DNA of 64,000 bases, from NCBI GenBank assembly GCA_031270005.1, contig JAISYJ010000137.1:34087-98086 (forward strand). Reading direction: 5' to 3'. A program made the translations under genes and the position numbers. Shown in pieces: positions 56,551-64,000 of the stretch (its first letter is position 1; every line of letters starts with the position of its first letter). This stretch comes from Hungatella sp. (GTDB lineage: Bacteria > Bacillota > Clostridia > Lachnospirales > Lachnospiraceae). The notes beneath the pieces were generated by a model. That model did not search any database. It was not told where the DNA came from and worked only from the letters and a program-made list of their open reading frames with translations.

Positions 56551-58188
56551 ATGGATTTGAATATTTCTGCAATCAGAGAAGCCATTGAAAACGGAAGAGC
56601 TTCTCTGGGAATCGAACTTGGTTCTACCAGAATCAAGGCTGTGCTCATCGGGGAAAATCATATTCCTCTTGCTTGCGGAGGCTATGACTGGGAAAACCGG
56701 TTTGAGGACCGGGTCTGGACGTACAGCCTGGAGGAAGTGAAAAGGGGCCTTACCGGCTGCTACAGGAATCTGGCAGAGGATGTAAAGAAAACATACGGTG
56801 TGGAGCTGAAGGTATTAGGTTCTCTTGGAATCAGCGGCATGATGCATGGGTATCTGGTGTTTGACAAGTATGACAGGCAGCTTGCTCCCTTCCGGACCTG
56901 GCGCAATACCATAACCGGAGAGGCCTCTGCCAGGCTGACGGAAATTTTTGCTTATCCCATTCCCCAGAGATGGAGCATTGCCCATTTATACCAGTCCATG
57001 CTGAACCAGGAGGACCATGTGAAGGATATGGGTTTTATGACGACTTTATCCGGTTATGTTCACTGGCTTCTTACGGGGCAAAAAGTATTGGGAGTAGGAG
57101 ATGCCTCCGGGATGTTTCCCATAGATATCCGAACCAGGGATTTTAACAGCCGGATGCTGGATCAGTTTGACCGGTTGGCCGCAGACACGGGATATTCCTG
57201 GAAGCTTCATGATATACTTCCAAAGGTATTATCAGCAGGGGAAAATGCCGGTGTCCTGACTCCGGAAGGCGCCGGACTTCTGGATCCTTCCGGTCAGCTA
57301 AAGTACGGCGTTCCCCTTTGCCCTCCGGAAGGTGATGCGGGAACAGGAATGGCGGCTACCAACAGTGTAAGACCAAGGACCGGCAATGTGTCCGCAGGCA
57401 CCAGTGTATTTTCCATGATCGTACTGGAAAAGGAGCTGGCCCATGTTTATGAGGAAATTGACTTAGTCACCACCCCTGCCGGTGATCTGGTGGCAATGGT
57501 ACATTGCAACAACTGTACTTCAGATTTAAACGCATGGGTATCTTTATTTGGAGAATTTCTGGATGAAATGGGTTATAAGGCGGAGGCCGGACAGGTGTTT
57601 TCCGTGTTATATAATCTGGCATTGACAGGAGATAAGGACTGCGGAGGGCTTTTATCCTACGGTTATTTAGCGGGAGAGCATATCACCGGATTTGACGAAG
57701 GAAGGTCCTTGTTTGTACGCATGCCTGACAGCCGGTTTAACCTGGCTAATTTTATCAGGGTCCACCTGTTTACCTCTTTAGGTGCATTAAAAACAGGGAT
57801 GGATATCCTCTTTAAGAAGGAGGGGGTAAAACTGGACCTGCTGTTTGGTCACGGAGGCCTGTTTAAGACAAAAGGCGTGGGGCAAAGCGTAATGGCGGCG
57901 GCGATGAATGTGCCGGTTTCCGTAATGGACACAGCCGGGGAAGGGGGAGCCTGGGGGATTGCACTGCTGGCTTCCTATATGATTCACAGGGAAAAAGGAG
58001 AAACATTGGAGCATTATCTTGAAAACCGGGTATTTTCCGGTGAGAGCGGAAACCAGGTAATGCCGGATCCTGAGGATACAGCCGGATTTGAGATATTTAT
58101 GGAGCGTTATACCGGAGGATTGGCCATAGAACGGGCAGCTGTAGAAGTGATGAAGCCTTATTCCAATGAGTTTAACCGAATCAGGTAA
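56551..58188 (+). CDS. FGGY kinase, clostridial AraK-type L-ribulokinase-like
   Basis: [72 protein letters not shown]. Confidence 0.78.
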   Translation: MDLNISAIREAIENGRASLGIELGSTRIKAVLIGENHIPLACGGYDWENRFEDRVWTYSLEEVKRGLTGCYRNLAEDVKKTYGVELKVLGSLGISGMMHGYLVFDKYDRQLAPFRTWRNTITGEASARLTEIFAYPIPQRWSIAHLYQSMLNQEDHVKDMGFMTTLSGYVHWLLTGQKVLGVGDASGMFPIDIRTRDFNSRMLDQFDRLAADTGYSWKLHDILPKVLSAGENAGVLTPEGAGLLDPSGQLKYGVPLCPPEGDAGTGMAATNSVRPRTGNVSAGTSVFSMIVLEKELAHVYEEIDLVTTPAGDLVAMVHCNNCTSDLNAWVSLFGEFLDEMGYKAEAGQVFSVLYNLALTGDKDCGGLLSYGYLAGEHITGFDEGRSLFVRMPDSRFNLANFIRVHLFTSLGALKTGMDILFKKEGVKLDLLFGHGGLFKTKGVGQSVMAAAMNVPVSVMDTAGEGGAWGIALLASYMIHREKGETLEHYLENRVFSGESGNQVMPDPEDTAGFEIFMERYTGGLAIERAAVEVMKPYSNEFNRIR

Positions 58189-58251
58189 GTTCTATTTTAA
58201 ATGCAAAAAGCATGAAAAGAGAACCATAAAAATCAGCACAACAAGATTATA

Positions 58252-58300
58252 AAGGATGGCAAAAGAAGTGTAAAAACGGCTTTGCCATCCTTACTTTTTT
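58252..58300 (+). terminator. Terminator closing the polyol operon
   Basis: AAGGATGGCAAA...TTTGCCATCCTT followed by ACTTTTTT. Confidence 0.7.
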
Positions 58301-58384
58301 CTATTATTGCCGGTTTAAACAGAATCCCAGGAGGGAGCAGGAATCATATGGATCTATCCAGGAAGCTGGGTGAAAAAGAAAAGG

Positions 58385-58412
58385 GAATAATCCTTTCTCC
58401 CATGCATATAGT
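58385..58412 (+). promoter_or_regulatory. Putative sigmaE (mother-cell) promoter of spoIVA
   Basis: GAATAA, 14 bp, CATATAGT; spoIVA is an established sigmaE target. Confidence 0.55.
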
Positions 58413-58438
58413 ATAACAGCACAGAAGGGGGAATCTTT

Positions 58439-59914
58439 ATGGACAATTATAACGTATACAATGATATCAAAGCCCGAACCAACGGAGAAATCTACATTGG
58501 AGTTGTGGGGCCGGTAAGAACAGGAAAATCGACTTTTATCAAGCGTTTTATGGAATTAATGGTTCTGCCGGGCATGGAGGATGAACACCAGAAAACTCAG
58601 ACAAGGGACGAACTGCCCCAGAGCGCGGCAGGAAAAACCATCATGACCACGGAACCAAAATTCATCCCAAAGGAAGCTGCCGTTATCCGCCTGGGAGATG
58701 AGATCGAAACAAAAGTCCGCTTAATCGACTGCGTCGGCTTTATGGTAGAGGGTGCTGCCGGCCACATTGAAAACGACGAAGAGCGGCTTGTAAAAACTCC
58801 CTGGTTTGATTATGAGATTCCTTTTACAAAAGCAGCGGAAATCGGAACCAGAAAGGTCATCAATGATCATTCCACCATTGGTGTGGTCATCACTACAGAC
58901 GGTTCCATCGGGGAATTGAAGCGTCCCAACTACATAGCAGCGGAAGAACGCACCGTTCAGGAACTGAAAAATCTGGGAAAACCGTTTATCATCCTGCTTA
59001 ATTCTTCCAAGCCATATTCTGATGAAACCACAGCCCTCTCAAAGGATATCAGTCAGAAATATGGGGTGACGGTCATGCCCATTAACTGTGAACAGCTGAA
59101 AAAAGATGACGTGAACAACATCCTGGAACGGGTGTTAAAGGAATTTCCCGTGACAGAGATGGATTTCTTCATTCCAAAATGGCTTGAAATCCTCCCTGCA
59201 ACCCATTGGCTGAAAGCCCAGGTCATCCAGGCCGCAAAGGATATGGTTAAAAAAGTCTCCCATATGAAGGACGTATCCTCCGAGTTATTTGACGGATCAG
59301 CGGACAGTGTCCGGTCCATCAAGGTTCAGAACATGAATATGGCGGATGGAAGCGTTTCCGTTGCAATGGATGTGGATGACAGTTATTATTATCAGATTTT
59401 AAGCGATTACGTAGGGCTTCCCATTGAGGGAGAATATCAGTTAATGCAGACCTTAAGCGAGCTTGCAAAAATGAAGGCAGAATATGAAAAGGTCAATCAG
59501 GCCATGAGTCAGGTACGCTTTAAAGGGTATGGAATTGTGACTCCGGAACGGTCCGAGATCATCCTGGATGAACCGGAAGTGATCAAGCACGGAAATAAAT
59601 ACGGCGTAAAAATGCGTGCAGAGGCTCCTTCCATCAATCTCATCAAGGCTCATATCCAGACGGAGATCGCTCCTATTGTGGGAAGCGAACAGCAGGCAGA
59701 GGACTTGATCGCCTATATCAAAGAAAATGCAAGAGAAAGCGAAGAAGGAATATGGAATACTAATATTTTTGGAAAATCCATTGAACAGATCGTGGAAGAC
59801 GGCATTCAGCAAAAGGTATCCCAGCTTACGGAAGACTGTCAAATAAAACTTCAGGACACCCTCCAAAAAATAATTAATGATAGTAATGGCGGTATGATTT
59901 GCATTATTATCTAA
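58439..59914 (+). CDS. spoIVA: Stage IV sporulation protein A
   Basis: GEIYIGVVGPVRTGKSTFIKRF, DELPQSAAGKTIMTTEPKF, HSTIGVVITTDGS, GGMICIII. Confidence 0.98.
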   Translation: MDNYNVYNDIKARTNGEIYIGVVGPVRTGKSTFIKRFMELMVLPGMEDEHQKTQTRDELPQSAAGKTIMTTEPKFIPKEAAVIRLGDEIETKVRLIDCVGFMVEGAAGHIENDEERLVKTPWFDYEIPFTKAAEIGTRKVINDHSTIGVVITTDGSIGELKRPNYIAAEERTVQELKNLGKPFIILLNSSKPYSDETTALSKDISQKYGVTVMPINCEQLKKDDVNNILERVLKEFPVTEMDFFIPKWLEILPATHWLKAQVIQAAKDMVKKVSHMKDVSSELFDGSADSVRSIKVQNMNMADGSVSVAMDVDDSYYYQILSDYVGLPIEGEYQLMQTLSELAKMKAEYEKVNQAMSQVRFKGYGIVTPERSEIILDEPEVIKHGNKYGVKMRAEAPSINLIKAHIQTEIAPIVGSEQQAEDLIAYIKENARESEEGIWNTNIFGKSIEQIVEDGIQQKVSQLTEDCQIKLQDTLQKIINDSNGGMICIII

Positions 59915-59958
59915 ATTAATGGTATAATACAAAAAACAGGTACAAAAGGAGGGCTTAT

Positions 59959-61560
59959 ATGAAATTAATGTTCATCGGCGCAGCCCGCGAGGTAACCGGG
60001 AGCTGTCATTATTTGGAGGCTGCCGGTTTTAAAATCCTTGTGGACTGCGGTATGGAGCAGGGGATTGATAAATTTGAAAATGTGGATCTGCCGGTCAGCT
60101 ACGCTGAAATTGATTATGTTCTTTTGACCCATGCCCATATCGATCACGCAGGGATGCTTCCTTTCATCTATGCCAGGGGCTTCCGGGGACAGGTGATCTC
60201 CACTGTGGCAACTGCTGACCTTTGCGGCATTATGCTGAAGGACAGTGCCCATATTCAGGAGTCCGAAACAGAATGGAAGAACAGAAAGGCCAGGCGGGCA
60301 GGGCTTCCGGAAGAAGAACCCCTGTACGGAGTCAATGATGCCATGGGCGTTATGGAGCTGTTTCATTCCTACAATTACAATGAAAAGGTGGAACTGGAGG
60401 ATGGCTTTACAATACGCTTTATAGATGTAGGCCATCTTCTTGGTTCCGCCTCTATTGAAATCTGGATCACAGAAGGTGGAACATCCAGAAAAATCGTATT
60501 CTCCGGTGATATCGGCAACAAGAACAAGCCCTTAATCCTTGATCCTCACTACATAAAAGAGGCGGATTATGTGGTCATGGAATGTACCTACGGAGACCGG
60601 CTTCACGGTGTGATACCGGATCATGTTTCCGTTCTTGCAGGCATTGTCCAGAAGACCCTGGACAGAAAAGGAAACGTGGTGATACCCGCTTTTGCAGTGG
60701 GAAGGACCCAGGAGCTCCTTTATATGTTCCGCCGTATCAAGGCAGAAAAGCTGGTCACCGGACACGACGGATTTGAGGTTTATGTCGACAGCCCTCTTGC
60801 AGTGGAAGCGACCCAGATCTTTAAAGATAATCTGGTTGACTGCTACGACGAGGAAACGAAGGAACTGGTAATGAAAGGCATTAATCCCATATCCTTTCCA
60901 GGCCTTAAGCTGTCAGTTACCAGCGAGGAATCCAAGAACATTAATTTTAATTCAAAACCAAAAGTGATCATATCAGCGGCAGGCATGTGCGATGCAGGCC
61001 GTATCCGCCATCACTTAAAGCATAATTTATGGAGACGGTCATGCACCATTGTTTTTACCGGATACCAGTCCATAGGAACCTTGGGGAGAAGCCTGATCGA
61101 AGGGTGCAGCGAGGTTAGGCTATTTGGCGAAACCATTCAGGTGGAAGCCCATATAGAACAGATGGATGGGATGAGTTCCCACGCAGATATGGAAGGATTG
61201 ATTGCCTGGTTGAACGCATTTGAAGAAAAACCACGACAAGTATTTCTGGTACACGGTGATGATCTGGTCTGCAGCTCCTTTGAACAGCTTCTTGGGAAGG
61301 ATTACGGATACAGGGTAAATGCCCCTCACTCCGGTTCTGTTTATGATCTTTCCCTGGGAAGATGGCTGAATGAAACAGAGGGCATTGCAGTAGTCAAATC
61401 ACCTGAAATTTCAAAAAAACCAGCTGGAGTTTACGGAAGGCTTTTTGCTGCAGGCGAAAGGCTTTTGCAGGTTATCCGTCATAACGAAGGCGGAGCCAAT
61501 AAAGATCTTGCCAAATTTGCGGATCAGATTAATTCTTTATGTGATAAATGGGATAGATAA
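59959..61560 (+). CDS. MBL-fold beta-CASP RNA-metabolising hydrolase
   Basis: GAAREVTGSC, VDCG, THAHIDHAG, GHLLGSA, FSGDIG, ECTYGDR, SSHAD, HGD. Confidence 0.9.
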   Translation: MKLMFIGAAREVTGSCHYLEAAGFKILVDCGMEQGIDKFENVDLPVSYAEIDYVLLTHAHIDHAGMLPFIYARGFRGQVISTVATADLCGIMLKDSAHIQESETEWKNRKARRAGLPEEEPLYGVNDAMGVMELFHSYNYNEKVELEDGFTIRFIDVGHLLGSASIEIWITEGGTSRKIVFSGDIGNKNKPLILDPHYIKEADYVVMECTYGDRLHGVIPDHVSVLAGIVQKTLDRKGNVVIPAFAVGRTQELLYMFRRIKAEKLVTGHDGFEVYVDSPLAVEATQIFKDNLVDCYDEETKELVMKGINPISFPGLKLSVTSEESKNINFNSKPKVIISAAGMCDAGRIRHHLKHNLWRRSCTIVFTGYQSIGTLGRSLIEGCSEVRLFGETIQVEAHIEQMDGMSSHADMEGLIAWLNAFEEKPRQVFLVHGDDLVCSSFEQLLGKDYGYRVNAPHSGSVYDLSLGRWLNETEGIAVVKSPEISKKPAGVYGRLFAAGERLLQVIRHNEGGANKDLAKFADQINSLCDKWDR

Positions 61561-61575
61561 GGAGAACAACAGAAA

Positions 61576-62052
61576 GTGACGAAAGTACAATTATTTACCG
61601 ACGGAGCTGCCAGAGGAAACCCCGACGGGCCGGGAGGCTATGGCGCGGTTTTACAGTTTATGGATTCCAAAGGGCAGCTCCACGAGAAAACCATGGCAGC
61701 AGGATATGTAAAGACCACCAACAACCGCATGGAACTGATGGCGGCCATTGCAGGTCTGGAAGCCCTTACCAGGCCCTGCCAGGTGGAACTATACTCTGAT
61801 TCCAAATATGTGACAGATGCATTTAATCAGCATTGGATTGACAACTGGATAAAAAACAACTGGAAGAGAGGCAAAAGCGGCCCTGTAAAGAACATTGATC
61901 TATGGGAAAGGCTGTTAAAAGCCATGGAACCTCATCAGGTGACTTTTCACTGGGTAAAGGGACATGCCGGCCACCCCCAGAACGAACGGTGCGACGTGCT
62001 GGCCACAAGCGCTGCGGACGGAGACAATCTGCTGAACGACGAAGGGATATGA
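61576..62052 (+). CDS. rnhA: Ribonuclease HI
   Basis: FTDGAARGNPDGPGGYG, TTNNRMEL, SDSKYV, VKNIDLW, WVKGHAGHPQNERCD. Confidence 0.97.
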   Translation: MTKVQLFTDGAARGNPDGPGGYGAVLQFMDSKGQLHEKTMAAGYVKTTNNRMELMAAIAGLEALTRPCQVELYSDSKYVTDAFNQHWIDNWIKNNWKRGKSGPVKNIDLWERLLKAMEPHQVTFHWVKGHAGHPQNERCDVLATSAADGDNLLNDEGI

Positions 62053-62080
62053 CATGGCAGCCATTGGAAAATGCCAAAAA

Positions 62081-62107
62081 CTTACATATCTCTTACAATG
62101 TCTTACT
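62081..62107 (+). promoter_or_regulatory. OmpR/WalR-type tandem direct-repeat box
   Basis: CTTACA-N5-CTTACA-N4-CTTACT upstream of TG-A-TATGTT (62143-51). Confidence 0.5.
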
Positions 62108-62183
62108 AATTGCGGATTCCTATTTTCTTTCTTTTTTATTTGTGATATGTTAATTCCATCAAAGCAGGTTAGGATGATATCTC

Positions 62184-63047
62184 ATGAATAAAAATAGAGG
62201 AATCTGGATTGTGATCGGAAGCATTTTGGTCATTGGTATCCTTATAACCCTTGCCACATCCAGTTTTGTGAAAAGCAAGGAAAACGTTTCGGATCCTATG
62301 GGTATTACCGGGCTTTCAAACTCCGAAGTTCCTGAAGCCTATGCGGACGCAAAAGGCTATGGAGGAACGCCGGAACTGTTTTCAGCGGATGCGCCTGCAC
62401 CTAAAGAAGCGCCTGCTTCCGCAGAGGAACCAAAGCAGAGGAACGCCGGACCGGTTGCTGCTCCAAAGACCGAAACTGTCCCGGAGAGTAGTGTACAGCC
62501 GGCAGAAGCCGGGCTTCGGATGAAAATTGCCATAGTTTCCGATCAGGCGGAGCCGGCTCCCCAGGCAGCGGAAAGTTCTAACGAGGCTTCCACTGCGGAA
62601 ACCGTGATCTCTCCCATCAGTCCGGATTCTAAAAGCAGGCCGGTTAATTCTGCCGCTTCTACAGAAGGAGCCGCCTATTATCAAAGACATTTGCTTGATC
62701 TGGATACCCAGATTAAAAAGATGCGGGAGGAGTCGGGAGATTCCAATACCTATTCCATGAAGGCCCTGGCAGATAAAGAGCTAAAGCTGTGGAACAGGGA
62801 GCAGAATGCAATTTATTCTGTCATTTTAGAGGAGTTGAACGATGAAGATATAAAGTCCCTTGAGACCTCACAGCAGGCATGGATCAAAAGCAGGGATTCA
62901 AAGGCAGAGGAGGCCGCAAAAAAATACAGCGGCGGAAGCTTAGAAGAGGTTGAATACACCGCCTCCCTGGCAGAATCCACGAGGGCAAGGGCCTATGATC
63001 TGGTAGCAGAATATATAGATGTTCTCTCTTTAAGAGAGGACCAGTAA
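62184..63047 (+). CDS. Membrane-anchored LprI/DUF1311 (lysozyme inhibitor-like) domain protein
   Basis: N-terminal TM, Ala/Pro/Glu-rich linker, C-terminal ELKLWN...SQQAWIKSRD...TRARAYDL. Confidence 0.75.
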   Translation: MNKNRGIWIVIGSILVIGILITLATSSFVKSKENVSDPMGITGLSNSEVPEAYADAKGYGGTPELFSADAPAPKEAPASAEEPKQRNAGPVAAPKTETVPESSVQPAEAGLRMKIAIVSDQAEPAPQAAESSNEASTAETVISPISPDSKSRPVNSAASTEGAAYYQRHLLDLDTQIKKMREESGDSNTYSMKALADKELKLWNREQNAIYSVILEELNDEDIKSLETSQQAWIKSRDSKAEEAAKKYSGGSLEEVEYTASLAESTRARAYDLVAEYIDVLSLREDQ

Positions 63048-63078
63048 AAAGTACGGTATCTGCCGTACTTTTTTATTT
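63046..63078 (+). terminator. Intrinsic terminator
   Basis: AAAAAGTACGG-TATCTG-CCGTACTTTTT followed by further T's. Confidence 0.8.
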
Positions 63079-63150
63079 CTGCAAGCAAAGAGACAGGCCA
63101 GGAATTACTGCATTTTGGTACATGAATGAAAAAAATTCCGTTGCAACATC

Positions 63151-63179
63151 TTGATAAATGAAATTCCATATGATAGGAT
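63151..63179 (+). promoter_or_regulatory. sigmaA promoter for the small ORF and alaS
   Basis: TTGATA (63151-56), 17 bp, TG-A-TAGGAT (63174-79). Confidence 0.6.
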
Positions 63180-63223
63180 AGTAAAATGAGTGATACTATA
63201 TGAATTTTCGGGAGGAAAAAAAT

Positions 63224-63373
63224 ATGACAGCAATATTTGCAAGTTTACTGGAGGCCGCAATCAAATTCCTGTTTTTCTTGTTTCTTGCATGGGGCGGAAT
63301 CATGTGCGGCAAGAAATACAGAGATCATAAGGATGCCGTGAATAGCGGAAATGCGACGAAAGAGACAAAATAG
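63224..63373 (+). CDS. 49-aa single-pass membrane protein (not in ORF track)
   Basis: GGAGG at 63211, ATG 63224, TAG 63371-73; MTAIFASLLEAAIKFLFFLFLAWGGIMCGKKYRDHKDAVNSGNATKETK. Confidence 0.7.
   Translation: MTAIFASLLEAAIKFLFFLFLAWGGIMCGKKYRDHKDAVNSGNATKETK

Positions 63374-64000
<627 letters not shown>

Noticed and set aside
43800-58300. Polyol locus as a prophage, ICE or transposon
   Set aside because: No integrase, transposase, relaxase or structural genes, and no terminal direct repeats were seen.

Overview
This 64-kb window is a chromosomal segment of a spore-forming, low-GC Firmicute. Gene content and style fit Lachnospiraceae (Lacrimispora-like), which is an inference. About 1-38.8 kb is housekeeping: tepA-ftsK-fhs-murE-murF-priA-def-fmt-(Zn peptidase)-rsmB-rlmN-stp-pknB-rsgA-rpe-thiN; an ECF S-component with pdxK; serS; a VOC protein with a frameshifted hydrolase; ylxM-ffh-rpsP-khpA-rimM-trmD-rplS-lepB-rbgA-rnhB-yraN-pgeF; prs (minus strand); a DUF512 radical-SAM gene-der-plsY-gpsA. 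About 19.7 kb of accessory DNA separates gpsA from spoIVA: a Liv-type ABC transporter and a polyol locus (divergent YesM/YesN-type two-component system, a two-ATPase sugar ABC transporter, an EltD-like dehydrogenase, a UlaE-like epimerase and two FGGY kinases). The window ends with spoIVA, a beta-CASP nuclease, rnhA, an LprI-domain protein, a 49-aa ORF missing from the track and a partial alaS. Main discoveries: (1) a modular ~50-bp repeat with a covarying mini-hairpin, 13 copies at 8 gene junctions, all co-oriented with transcription; it appears to supply Shine-Dalgarno sequences and is translated in-frame into the C-termini of Fmt and the DUF512 protein; (2) a second hairpin repeat family sharing a module with the first; (3) a probable branched L-arabitol catabolic pathway. 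Two ORFs labelled '+' in the supplied track (32916..34121 and 43800..45566) read on the minus strand. I found no CRISPR array, rRNA, tRNA, transposase or prophage gene.
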